DNA of 64,000 nt from an uncultured Bifidobacteriaceae bacterium (GTDB lineage Bacteria > Bacteroidota > Bacteroidia > Cytophagales > UBA9547): assembly GCA_964572965.1 (NCBI GenBank), contig CAZNHL010000003.1:10492-74491 (forward strand), given 5' to 3'. Position 1 is the first letter of the stretch; every line of letters starts with the position of its first letter. The notes beneath the pieces are model-generated. The model worked only from the letters and a program-made list of their open reading frames with translations, ran no database searches and had not been told where the DNA came from. This document shows, one piece after another, positions 27,306-36,716 of the stretch. A program made the translations under genes and the position numbers.

Positions 27306-30110
27306 TTATTTGCGGATAATTTTCCGCACTATGCCCGTGTTGTCATTATAGAGTTTTACATAATAAACACCTTCGCTAAGAGAAGTAATATCAAGACTGT
27401 TTGTAATCTCTTTGACAGATGTTTCCTTTAGTTTTATACCTAAGGCATCATAAATTTCTACTTTGACTTCTCCCAGATTATTTTGTCCGATATTCAAAAT
27501 ACCGGAGGAAGGGTTGGGGTATAAAGTAATTTCCTGCAATTGTTTTTCTATGATTCCGGTTGTGATTCCTGAATTTACAATAGCAGTATCCGGTAAGCTA
27601 TAACCACTTTCGTTTCCCTGCTGATTGATAGCTTTTACCCAATAATAGTAAATAATATCTTTGATTACTGTTTCATCCAGATAGCTATTTTCTGATGCAG
27701 CAACAGACGTGAGTAGTGTAGCAGTAGTATAATCATCTCCGGTATTTCTATAGATAGCATAAGAAGTTAAATTTCCTTCCGGATTAGTGTTCCATTCCAG
27801 TTTGATATTGGTTTCGTCACCTTGTGCAACCAGATTGTCAGGAACTGTAGGTGTTGATAGTACTTTGAAAATGCCTACTGCATTTTTGGAATGTCCGGCA
27901 GTATAAAGAAAATTACCATCAGGGCTCACAACAGACGAACGGCAGCCGGCTATTCCGGAAACTCCTGATTGTGCAAACCTACCGGCATAAAGCAGACGTC
28001 CGTTCTGAGAATTACGGTTGAATACAAGTATAGAACTGTCTACAGAACAGGAGATATACAGGTTCTTACCAAGGTTGTCAAATTGCATAGAAGTGATTGC
28101 ACTCATATTTTTGATACCTTTTTCTCCGTTTCTGAATACATCTACAAGCGATAACAGCCCTGTTGTTACATTGCGTTCAAATAAAAATATAGATTTGTCA
28201 CGATTACTCGATACATACAAATGACGATCATTGGAAGGAGAAACCAACAAATTGTTTGGCAGTGTCATACCTGTGAGCCCGTCTGTATTGTTTCTGTATT
28301 TTGTGATATAAACAGGTTCTCCCGTTGTAACATTCCTGCTAAATACATGAATTGAGCTGTCTGAAGTACTTGCAGTATATATAAAGCCTCCGTCTTGGCT
28401 TATAGCCAGAGAACTAGGATAAAAAGGCGGTGCTGAATAAAGATTTGATTCACCTAACAGGCCTGTTGCCGGATCACGCTGAAAATAAACAATACCGTCT
28501 GGACCTGTGGAGTATAAAAATTTACCATCATCTGATAAAGCAAGCTTTGCTCCGGCTCCTACTATCAATATGTCATTGATGCCTTCCTGTAGTATCTGCT
28601 TGAAAGTCAGTTTTCCGGTTGACAGATCACGGTCGAAAACCAGAATAGAAAAGTTGCTATAATCTGTTGCATATAGATATTTTCCATCAGGAGATACCAG
28701 AATAGCTCCTGTTTTCCTTAAAGATATTCCGTTTACTCCGTCTTGTATCAGTTGCTGAAAGACAAGTTCTCCTGTAGATGGATTACGAGTGAACACTGAC
28801 AATGAAGGTTGGAAGATACTTGCTACATATGCATTTTTTCCATCCTTGTCTGTTGCTATTATGGTAGGATTAATCAGGCCGGCATTGCCAGTAATTCCCT
28901 CTTTGATTACAGTATTGAATGATAATGTACCAGTTGACGCGTTTCTGTTAAAGGAAACAATTGAGTTACCGGTGTAATTTGCAACGTATATGTTTTTGCC
29001 ATCAGTATCTCCTATGGCATAGCGGGGTGCTGTCATATCTGAAACTCCTGCTACTCCACTCTCCTGCTTTTCAATGAATGATAATTTTCCTGAAGCCAGA
29101 TTGCGTTCGAAAACGGCCAGTGAATTTTTCTTGGAGCAGCTTACATAGATATTTTTTCCATCATAACTCACCATCATTGAATTGATAGCATTAATGCCGT
29201 CAACCCCATTTTGCCCTTGCCTGTAGGATTCCACTAAAGTAAGATTTCCGGTAGTTTCATTACGCTCGAAGGCAAAAACGGAGCTGTCCCTGCTACTGGA
29301 AACATACAGATAGTGTCCGTCAGGAGGTGATTGTATCAAATTACCAGGCTGGGTCATGCCTGTAAGACCGGAAGTATTGTTTTGATAGCGAGTAACATAA
29401 GCTGGTTCTCCTGTCTCCTTATTCCGACTAAACACATGGATTGAACTATCAGCACTGTTTGTGGTGTACAGATATGCATCATCAGGGCTGATAACTATTG
29501 AGTTTGGAGAGAAAAAGGGAGATTCATAAAAGCCACTTTCACTTAATGTACCCGTTGTAAGGTCTCGCCCGAAATATACAATGCCGTCAGAGCCAACTGA
29601 GTACAAAAATTTCCCATCACCTGATAACTCCAGTTTGTCTCCGGCTCCTACTATCCATATGTCGTTAGTACCTTCCTCTAAAATCTGCTTAAACGTGAGC
29701 TTTCCGGTAGTTATGTCACGGTCAAAAACCAATAAACTATAATTACCACGATCTGCTACATATACCTGCTTGCCGTTAGGTGTAACCAGAATTGAACTTA
29801 TTCTTGTTAACTTGATTCCGTTTTCCCCATTTTGAAGCAGTTGCTGATAAGTCAGTTCTCCTGTGGTAGTATTACGGGCATAAACAGCCAGGGTAGGTTT
29901 GAGTATACTCCCTACGTAAACATTTTTACCAGAGGGGTCAGTGGTCATCACCGAAGCATTGGTAAGACCTTTGTTGTTAATACCTTGCTCTATTGATTGA
30001 AGATATTCTAAAGGTTGAGCCTGTACCGTGTAATAAAACAAGAAAAAAATGAGCACCGCAGTGGCGCGTATTTTTTCAAAAATGATTGGATTGTGTTGAG
30101 TCTTTTCCAT
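27306..30110 (-). CDS. Secreted T9SS cargo protein: two tandem lactonase-type 7-bladed beta-propeller units, an FN3-like domain and a T9SS C-terminal sorting domain
   Basis: ATG at the complement of 30108-30110, with signal/anchor ATAVLIFFLFYYTVQAQ. The blade pattern (DGKxxYV...xSxxVFxRNxxTGxLxF) recurs. The C-terminal ITLYPNPSSGILNI...GVYYVKLYNDNTGIVRKIIRK is a type A T9SS CTD. Confidence 0.8.
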   Translation of the reverse strand: MEKTQHNPIIFEKIRATAVLIFFLFYYTVQAQPLEYLQSIEQGINNKGLTNASVMTTDPSGKNVYVGSILKPTLAVYARNTTTGELTYQQLLQNGENGIKLTRISSILVTPNGKQVYVADRGNYSLLVFDRDITTGKLTFKQILEEGTNDIWIVGAGDKLELSGDGKFLYSVGSDGIVYFGRDLTTGTLSESGFYESPFFSPNSIVISPDDAYLYTTNSADSSIHVFSRNKETGEPAYVTRYQNNTSGLTGMTQPGNLIQSPPDGHYLYVSSSRDSSVFAFERNETTGNLTLVESYRQGQNGVDGINAINSMMVSYDGKNIYVSCSKKNSLAVFERNLASGKLSFIEKQESGVAGVSDMTAPRYAIGDTDGKNIYVANYTGNSIVSFNRNASTGTLSFNTVIKEGITGNAGLINPTIIATDKDGKNAYVASIFQPSLSVFTRNPSTGELVFQQLIQDGVNGISLRKTGAILVSPDGKYLYATDYSNFSILVFDRDLSTGKLTFKQILQEGINDILIVGAGAKLALSDDGKFLYSTGPDGIVYFQRDPATGLLGESNLYSAPPFYPSSLAISQDGGFIYTASTSDSSIHVFSRNVTTGEPVYITKYRNNTDGLTGMTLPNNLLVSPSNDRHLYVSSNRDKSIFLFERNVTTGLLSLVDVFRNGEKGIKNMSAITSMQFDNLGKNLYISCSVDSSILVFNRNSQNGRLLYAGRFAQSGVSGIAGCRSSVVSPDGNFLYTAGHSKNAVGIFKVLSTPTVPDNLVAQGDETNIKLEWNTNPEGNLTSYAIYRNTGDDYTTATLLTSVAASENSYLDETVIKDIIYYYWVKAINQQGNESGYSLPDTAIVNSGITTGIIEKQLQEITLYPNPSSGILNIGQNNLGEVKVEIYDALGIKLKETSVKEITNSLDITSLSEGVYYVKLYNDNTGIVRKIIRK
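27792..29969 (-). repeat. Intragenic tandem duplication, 2 x about 1089 nt (363 codons)
   Basis: Unit 1 is about 28881-29969 and unit 2 about 27792-28880. The protein halves align colinearly, for example FDRDITTGKLTFKQILEEGTNDIWIVGAGDKLELSGDGKFLYS with FDRDLSTGKLTFKQILQEGINDILIVGAGAKLALSDDGKFLYS. The shared string TCCGGCTCCT occurs at 28551 and 29640, which gives the 1089-nt period. Confidence 0.7.
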
Positions 30111-30332
30111 GCTATTTAGTTTTATAGAATGACAGTCAATTAATTTAAGAGTGTTTGACTTTGTAGCTACTACATTTCCCTTTGAATAAAGTAACCCGTA
30201 GTAAACGTTTTCGGGCCACAAGAAATAGGGAAAGATGGTTTAGGGGAATTGAGCCGGTCAACTAAAAATAGTTTTTACTAAAACCTTCAACAGCAACAAA
30301 ACCGACAATTTCATTGTAAATTTGCTGTAAAT

Positions 30333-31439
30333 ATGCATTTAGCTTCCCTCCATCTGGCCAATTTTAAAAACTATGAAACCGCTGAACTACAGTTTTCAGA
30401 GGAGATTAATTGTTTTGTGGGAGAAAACGGTAGCGGGAAAACAAACCTGCTGGATGCTATTTATTATTTGTCGCTGAGTAAAAGTGCGTTTAATAGTGTT
30501 GATGGTCAGAACATGCGACACGGCGAAGCTTTCTTTGGCATTACAGGACATTTTGAAAAAGAGGGTAAAAAAGAAAAAGTGCAATGCAGCCTTAAGTCAG
30601 GAGAAAAAAAAACACTGAAACTTAACGGCCAGGCCTACGAAAAGATCAGTGAGCATATCGGTGTATTCCCGTGTATTCTTATAGCTCCCAACGATACTGA
30701 TATTATAAGGGACGGGAGTGAAGAGCGGCGTAAGTTCTTTGATAGCATTTTATCACAAATAGATAAACTATATCTTGACGAATTGATGCGCTACAACCGG
30801 TTGTTAAAACACAGAAATGCCTTGTTGAAACAATTTGGAGAAAGGCGTTACCGTGATGATGACCAGCTGGAACCTTTTTCTGTTGAGCTGGTGATAAGCG
30901 CCAAAATTATTTCTGAGAAAAGAGAGAGGTTTCTTCGGGATTTTGAACCGTCATTCCAAAAACATTACCAGAACCTTACAGATAGTAAGGAAAAAGTAAG
31001 TTTAAGGTATGAAAGTGAAGTTAGTGATGAACTTTTTGAAGAAAAGTTTAATCAGAATGTCGCGAAGGATATAGCATACCAGCGTACAACCATGGGAGTA
31101 CATACTGATGATTTCCTTTTCAGGATAGAAAATCACCCTTTGAAAAAATTCGGTTCACAAGGACAGCAGAAGTCGTACCTTATTGCCCTTAAACTGGCGC
31201 AATTTGATTTGATACAGGAGCGCCTGCAAATGAAGCCGATTTTGCTGCTGGATGATATCTTTGATAAATTGGATGATGCACGTATTGCGAAGCTGATGAA
31301 AATGGTGGCAGATGAGGCTTTTGGGCAACTTTTTGTGACTGACGCAAGGCCAGAACGAACCGAGAAGATCTTTGAAGATTTGCGCAGTAAAATATCTATA
31401 TTTAGCGTATTGAAGGGCGAAGTTTCTCCTTTATTATAA
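30333..31439 (+). CDS. recF: DNA replication and repair protein RecF
   Basis: 368 aa. It has Walker A GENGSGKTNLLDAIYYLS, the signature SQGQQKS, and Walker B LLLDDIFDKLD. Confidence 0.95.
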   Translation: MHLASLHLANFKNYETAELQFSEEINCFVGENGSGKTNLLDAIYYLSLSKSAFNSVDGQNMRHGEAFFGITGHFEKEGKKEKVQCSLKSGEKKTLKLNGQAYEKISEHIGVFPCILIAPNDTDIIRDGSEERRKFFDSILSQIDKLYLDELMRYNRLLKHRNALLKQFGERRYRDDDQLEPFSVELVISAKIISEKRERFLRDFEPSFQKHYQNLTDSKEKVSLRYESEVSDELFEEKFNQNVAKDIAYQRTTMGVHTDDFLFRIENHPLKKFGSQGQQKSYLIALKLAQFDLIQERLQMKPILLLDDIFDKLDDARIAKLMKMVADEAFGQLFVTDARPERTEKIFEDLRSKISIFSVLKGEVSPLL

Positions 31440-31547
31440 GATTGGAAAATTTTAAAATTAAAGAGGCGGTTTTGTTGGTTCTTTTTAGAATCTCCAAATA
31501 TGATCCATCAATTTTAAAATCTTCAAATCTTTCAATTTGAATCACCC

Positions 31548-31865
31548 ATGTACTACAAGAAAAAAGATACTACTCCAAGGTCTGCCGACACCCTTTCTTT
31601 AAAAGAAGGGATAGAAGCATTGCTGGATGCCTATCATTTGCGTACCAAATTTCATCAGACGCAGTTGGTCAGTTCCTGGGACAAGATCATGGGAGGGCCT
31701 ATTGCGAGTAGAACAGAGAAGTTATTTATCAAAGACAAAAAGCTTTTTATAAAACTTAATTCGGCTCCTTTGAAACAGGAATTGAGCATGTCCAAAACAA
31801 GGCTTATTCAAATACTGAATGGGTCTATAGGAGAAGAAGTCATCAATGAAATTATTTTTATTTAA
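31548..31865 (+). CDS. DUF721 (DciA-like) domain protein
   Basis: 105 aa, in the conserved position directly downstream of recF. W-x-x-I-x-G and L-x-V-x-V-like core (SSWDKIMGGPIASRTEKLFIKDKKLFIKLNSAPLKQEL). Confidence 0.75.
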   Translation: MYYKKKDTTPRSADTLSLKEGIEALLDAYHLRTKFHQTQLVSSWDKIMGGPIASRTEKLFIKDKKLFIKLNSAPLKQELSMSKTRLIQILNGSIGEEVINEIIFI

Positions 31866-31917
31866 GCGGAGTGTTTAAACTAATTCCTCATCGCTAACAC
31901 CTATTCGCTAAAAAAGA

Positions 31918-33135
31918 ATGAAAGTATTTAATGAAATCGGTTCTCTGAAAAAAGTATTGATTCACCGTCCTGATGAAGGCATTGCCCATGTCACTCCTGC
32001 AAAAGCGGTTGAGTTACTTTATGAAGACATCGTTCATTTTCCTTTGATGAGCAAGGAACATAGGGTTTTTGTTGAAGTCATCGAAGCTTTTACCGGTCCT
32101 GAAGGTGTATTGGATGTGCAGCAATTGCTAAGTGAGACCTTTACGACACTCCAGGCTAAAAAAGAAATTATCGAGCAGGTAGTCGCTTTTGAACACCTTA
32201 CCAAAGCACAACAACAAACCTTATTTTCATTAACAGCAGAAGAACTGGCGGCTACACTGATCTCTGGTATTTTACCTAATAATGAATTCGTATTTGAGCC
32301 ATTGCCTAATTATGTCTTTACAAGAGATACCGGCTGTAATATTAATGGTTTTATTCTTTTGGGGCAGGCAGCTAAACACGCTCGCATGAGAGAAACTGTG
32401 TTGAACAGATGGATTTTTTCACGCAATCCTGTTTTCTCAGAAAATCAGTTACTGGCAAGTATTACATCTGCCAATGAGCCTGATGAGACTTTGGCAATTG
32501 AAGGCGGTGATATTATGTTGCTGGCGCCCGATCACCTGGCAATAGGTTGTAGCGAACGTACTACGACGGAGGCCGCAATACGGGTGAAAGATCAGTTATT
32601 GACAAAAGGTGTTGTTGAAAAGGTGAGTTTGGTAGAAGTACCTAAACTACGTTTATATATGCACCTTGATACTGTTTTTACACAGATCAGTCGTGATGAA
32701 TACGTGGCTTTTGCTCCTTTAGTATTGGAAGAAGGTGCAATGCCTGTCACTACTTATGATAAGAATAATGAAGAGACAAAGCATTCGTCTTTTAAAAATT
32801 TCATAGATAGTATTAACCCTAAGGCCGAATATATTCTTTGCGGACAAGGTATAAAACCTTTTGAAGATCGTGAACAATGGACAGATGCCTGCAATCTTGT
32901 AGCTGTTAAAGACGGCGTTGCTTTATTGTATGACCGGAATGAGAAAACGGCAGAAGCCTTGCAGAGTCAGGGTTATGAAATTATAGAAGCAGTACATTTT
33001 CTTGAAAAAGTAAAGAAAGGCTATATTATTCCTGATAACTTATACCGTACAATTATACTTATTCCTTCAGCAGAACTTTCTCGTGCACGCGGAGGTCCGC
33101 ACTGTATGACTATGCCGCTGGAAAGGGCTTTGTAA
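31918..33135 (+). CDS. Arginine deiminase family protein (guanidino-group-modifying enzyme fold)
   Basis: 405 aa. It has the N-terminal SLKKVLIHRPDEG, FTRD, HLDT, and the catalytic Cys context GGPHCMTMPL at the C-terminus. Confidence 0.75.
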   Translation: MKVFNEIGSLKKVLIHRPDEGIAHVTPAKAVELLYEDIVHFPLMSKEHRVFVEVIEAFTGPEGVLDVQQLLSETFTTLQAKKEIIEQVVAFEHLTKAQQQTLFSLTAEELAATLISGILPNNEFVFEPLPNYVFTRDTGCNINGFILLGQAAKHARMRETVLNRWIFSRNPVFSENQLLASITSANEPDETLAIEGGDIMLLAPDHLAIGCSERTTTEAAIRVKDQLLTKGVVEKVSLVEVPKLRLYMHLDTVFTQISRDEYVAFAPLVLEEGAMPVTTYDKNNEETKHSSFKNFIDSINPKAEYILCGQGIKPFEDREQWTDACNLVAVKDGVALLYDRNEKTAEALQSQGYEIIEAVHFLEKVKKGYIIPDNLYRTIILIPSAELSRARGGPHCMTMPLERAL

Positions 33136-33236
33136 ATAAACAAGTTGTTCGGATTTTTGTTATACTAAAAAAGTATTTTATTTAGTAAAAAAATCAGTTT
33201 TCATTTAAATTATCTAATCTAAAAATTATAGCAACC

Positions 33237-34103
33237 ATGAAGAAATCACTTTTGTGTTTGAGCGCATTGTTAATAATGGCCGGCTCATCTTGTGTATCAA
33301 AAAAGAAATATCAGGAGTTACAGGCACAGCTTGCCAAAAGCGGCGAGGATAATAAAAGTGTTCAGGTTGTACAACGCCGTTGTGCAGAGGATCTGGCAGG
33401 AAGCAATGCAAAGATCAAGGTGCTGGAAGATCAGGTTGCATATCTGAAAGCCAACAATAACGACTTGATCAATAATATGGGTAATATGACTACGCTTACA
33501 ACCAAAGGTGCACAAAACCTGGAGAAGTCATTAGAAAGTATCAAGGAAAAAGACACTCAGATTACACGTTTACAGGATGCTTTGACCAAGAAAGATTCTG
33601 TAACTATTGCTTTGGTTACAAGCTTAAAAGGTGCGCTAGGTAATATGGATGACGAAGATATCGAAGTGAATGTAGAAAAAGGTGTTGTGTTTATTTCCAT
33701 TGCCGATAAACTTTTGTTCAAAAGCGGCAGCTACGACGTGACAGACAATGCTAAAACCGTATTAGGTAAAGTAGCTGTTGTGGTAAAAGCAAAGCCTGAT
33801 TTTGAGGTAATGGTTGAAGGACATACTGACAATGTTCCGGTTAATAATACTGTATTGGTTGATAACTGGGACTTGAGTGTTAAAAGAGCGACATCAGTTG
33901 TACGTGTTTTACAAAACGACTTTAAGATAGCTCCTGAGCGTCTTATTGCTGCCGGACGTAGTTTTTATGTGCCTTTAGCAAGTAATGATAATGTTGCCGG
34001 AAAAGCGAAGAATCGCAGAACACGCATCGTAGTACTACCTAAAATCGATCAGTTTTACAATATGATTGAAGAAGGTATGAAAGAAGCCGGTAAGAAGAAG
34101 TAA
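33237..34103 (+). CDS. OmpA/MotB-family lipoprotein with an N-terminal coiled coil
   Basis: The lipobox is LIMAGSSC. A heptad-rich region is followed by an OmpA-like domain (GHTDNVP...NWDLSVKRA...NRRTRIVV). Confidence 0.85.
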   Translation: MKKSLLCLSALLIMAGSSCVSKKKYQELQAQLAKSGEDNKSVQVVQRRCAEDLAGSNAKIKVLEDQVAYLKANNNDLINNMGNMTTLTTKGAQNLEKSLESIKEKDTQITRLQDALTKKDSVTIALVTSLKGALGNMDDEDIEVNVEKGVVFISIADKLLFKSGSYDVTDNAKTVLGKVAVVVKAKPDFEVMVEGHTDNVPVNNTVLVDNWDLSVKRATSVVRVLQNDFKIAPERLIAAGRSFYVPLASNDNVAGKAKNRRTRIVVLPKIDQFYNMIEEGMKEAGKKK

Positions 34104-34120
34104 TTGAGTTTATTACGAAA

Positions 34121-34158
34121 GGCGTTCCGTAGATATTTGCTGCGGAACGCTTTTTTTA
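34121..34158 (+). terminator. Rho-independent terminator
   Basis: The stem GCGTTCCG (34122-34129) with CGGAACGC (34143-34150) is followed by T7 (34151-34157). Confidence 0.7.
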
Positions 34159-34242
34159 TTGTATCCGGAATTAAGATATTGATCCTGAAGACACTTATGC
34201 TAATAGTACATTAATAGCAAAGATGTCGGATACAGGATAAAC

Positions 34243-34288
34243 CTGAAAAGCTAATGCATTTGTAAGGCTAAGCTCTTACAAATGCATT
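34243..34288 (-). terminator. Terminator hairpin whose 5' arm is the last six codons of the MBL-fold gene
   Basis: A 14-bp perfect inverted repeat, AATGCATTTGTAAG (34253-34266) with CTTACAAATGCATT (34275-34288), has an 8-nt loop containing the stop codon. It is followed on the minus strand by AGCTTTTC. Confidence 0.6.
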
Positions 34289-34912
34289 AGATACTTTTTC
34301 TCTTTTTATTGTAGTTGTTGGTCCGTGACCGGGATAAACAATATAATCTTCCGGAAGTGTATAGAGTTTTTGTCTGATTGATTTTTCAAGTGTATCATAA
34401 TTACCTCCCGGTAAATCTGAACGGCCAATACTGCCGGCGAAAAGTACATCGCCCGAGAAGCAATGTTTGCCGGCATGGTCAATAAATGCAATATGACCGG
34501 GTGCATGGCCTGGAACAAAAATGATGTCTAAGGTAACTCCCCCCAATATTATCTGATCACCTTCTTCCAAAAGACGGTCTGGCTCTACCGGTTGGTACTG
34601 GAAAAAACCATACGATGGAGCATAAGAAGCAACAGCCCTTAAAGTATCTGCATCCAGACTATAGACCCATAATGGCACATTCCAGGTTTTCTTTACAAAG
34701 AAATTTCCAAGCACGTGGTCGACATGGCTATGTGTGCTGAGGATATACTTCAATGCCAGACCTTGTGCATCAACAAACTCCTTCAGCTCGGCTTGTTCGT
34801 CAGCATCATAACATCCCGGATCAATAACAGCAGCAGCTTTACTTGCTTCGTCCCACACAACATAAGTGTTTTCACTTAAAGCATTGAAGGTAAGTTGTTT
34901 GATTTTTAGCAT
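34268..34912 (-). CDS. MBL-fold metallo-hydrolase (glyoxalase II-like)
   Basis: 214 aa with the HSHVDH (HxHxDH) motif, plus downstream His/Asp ligands (PGHAPGH, GD). Confidence 0.85.
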   Translation of the reverse strand: MLKIKQLTFNALSENTYVVWDEASKAAAVIDPGCYDADEQAELKEFVDAQGLALKYILSTHSHVDHVLGNFFVKKTWNVPLWVYSLDADTLRAVASYAPSYGFFQYQPVEPDRLLEEGDQIILGGVTLDIIFVPGHAPGHIAFIDHAGKHCFSGDVLFAGSIGRSDLPGGNYDTLEKSIRQKLYTLPEDYIVYPGHGPTTTIKREKVSNAFVRA

Positions 34913-34938
34913 AATGAAGGTTAATAATGCATGTACAT

Positions 34939-34969
34939 AAAAAAACCGGAGACGTAAGCCTCCGGTTTT
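34939..34969 (-). terminator. Rho-independent terminator downstream of ridA
   Basis: The stem CCGGAG (34946-34951) with CTCCGG (34960-34965) is followed on the minus strand by a run of T (complement of 34939-34945). Confidence 0.7.
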
Positions 34970-34984
34970 GTCCTATTTATTTCT

Positions 34985-35362
34985 TTAAACAACTGCGATG
35001 CAGGAAATTTCTACGTTCACATCTTTTGGTAAACGGGCAACTTCTACAGTTTCGCGTGCCGGTGGATTGCTTGTAAAGTATTCTCCGTAGGTGGCATTGA
35101 TTGATGCAAAATTGTTAAGGTCTTTCACAAAAATGCCGCATTTAACCACGTTAGAGAAATTTAAGCCGGCTTCCTCAAGAATAGCTTTCAGGTTTTTCAT
35201 AACCTGATGCGTTTCTGCTACAATATCAGAAGTAATCAAATTTCCTGTTGATGGTTCTATGGCGATCTGACCAGATACGTACAATACGCCATTAGCAAGA
35301 ACAGCCTGAGAATATGGCCCGATAGGAGCCGGAGCTTTCGAAGAATTGATAATTTTGCTCAT
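34985..35362 (-). CDS. ridA: RidA/YjgF-family reactive-intermediate deaminase
   Basis: 125 aa. APAPIGPYSQAV, GQI and ARETVEVARLPKDVNVEI are canonical for RidA. Confidence 0.9.
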   Translation of the reverse strand: MSKIINSSKAPAPIGPYSQAVLANGVLYVSGQIAIEPSTGNLITSDIVAETHQVMKNLKAILEEAGLNFSNVVKCGIFVKDLNNFASINATYGEYFTSNPPARETVEVARLPKDVNVEISCIAVV

Positions 35363-35372
35363 AATAATATTA

Positions 35373-36716
35373 TTATTTCAAAGGTTGATAATAGATTCTT
35401 AATCTTAAGCGATCCATTATAGCCTTATTGTCGCTAAAACTCATGCGGTTAACAGAGCTTACGTTGTTGGCAGAGTTAACAGCAGATAATGCTTCTGTTC
35501 CACAACCTAACAATAATGCAGGCTTTGGTATTTTTCCATACATAACCTCCTGTATATAAGATGTTATTGTCATTCTGTAAGAAAGGTCGGAAGAGTCAAT
35601 GAAAGAGTAAGACTTATAATAAGTACCGTTAACATCTACCTCCTTGATATATTTTGCAAGACCATTTTCAACTACAATTCTGTTTTTGTTGTTGCTCTGA
35701 TAAAGGTTCAGATACAATGGAGGAGTATAAAGTGTAGCATCGACGGCTTTTAAATATAATTCAGCCTTGATAATTGCTATAGTAGGAAAATTGTTACGGA
35801 AGTTTTGAAGGCCCGGAAAGCTTAATTTAGTCATTAATGATGCTGCTCCCTGAATATAGCATTGGTTATTGGTCAGCTCAGAACTGATACTATCTCCTTG
35901 TTTCTGTAACGAAGCCAGAGGTGTACCGGAAAAATCGTGACTAAACTTATTATAGCGTACGTTTGCACTGTTTAGAGCAAAATTGTAATTATAAGTGAAG
36001 TTATTTGCATCGTGTGAGTATAAGCGCATAAACTGACCTGCGCTGTCAGTTACTGAAAACACCGTTCCCAGACCCATTACACATTTGTTTCCGTCTTTAG
36101 GAACAAGAGCCAGGCCTTTGAAATAATTGTTAAAAGCAGCATAAGTAGCATAATCAGGATCAATTACTCCTGTTATTCCTTTGTTAAATAACTCTTGTCC
36201 CAACGCATTGCTTAATGGGATATGGATTTCCTTTTTTCCGGGAATAAATGTTGCTGTTCCAATCGGGCTTGATTCCCTTGTAATCTCTTTTTGATTAGAG
36301 AAGCGCATGGAAGTATCTAAAGCCTGAGTCAGCTTGTAAACATCCATACTGAAGGGGGAAGTTGTATCACCATAAAAATAGGTTGGCATCAGGATCAGCA
36401 CTAATGAATCATAAGTAGCGCCATTATAGAAGTAAAAACCTTCTCGTGGCGGACGTACTTGTGTATAGCATTCTGCATTTATCGAACCCGTCATCGGGTC
36501 TTTATATTGCCCTAGCATCAGACGGGCCGGGTAGCCGGTATTGAAAGAATCCAATAAGACTGTTGATGTAGTCACAGAGAAAGTGTCCAGCATCTTTAAG
36601 CCTAATTGCGATCCGTCAGGCTGAACCTCAGATCCAAAACTGTCTGGTCGTTTACATGAAGAAAGGCCAATTAAGGCCATAACAAAAACTAAAAATGCTC
36701 TACCCAACCAACTCAT
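35373..36716 (-). CDS. Lipoprotein, DUF4270-like
   Basis: The ATG at the complement of 36714-36716 gives MSWLGRAFLVFVMALIGLSSCKRPD (lipobox). It is about 447 aa and beta-rich. From memory, this family sits downstream of the short glycogen-synthase-like gene in Bacteroidota; that is unverified here. It overlaps the upstream gene by 17 nt. Confidence 0.6.
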   Translation of the reverse strand: MSWLGRAFLVFVMALIGLSSCKRPDSFGSEVQPDGSQLGLKMLDTFSVTTSTVLLDSFNTGYPARLMLGQYKDPMTGSINAECYTQVRPPREGFYFYNGATYDSLVLILMPTYFYGDTTSPFSMDVYKLTQALDTSMRFSNQKEITRESSPIGTATFIPGKKEIHIPLSNALGQELFNKGITGVIDPDYATYAAFNNYFKGLALVPKDGNKCVMGLGTVFSVTDSAGQFMRLYSHDANNFTYNYNFALNSANVRYNKFSHDFSGTPLASLQKQGDSISSELTNNQCYIQGAASLMTKLSFPGLQNFRNNFPTIAIIKAELYLKAVDATLYTPPLYLNLYQSNNKNRIVVENGLAKYIKEVDVNGTYYKSYSFIDSSDLSYRMTITSYIQEVMYGKIPKPALLLGCGTEALSAVNSANNVSSVNRMSFSDNKAIMDRLRLRIYYQPLK

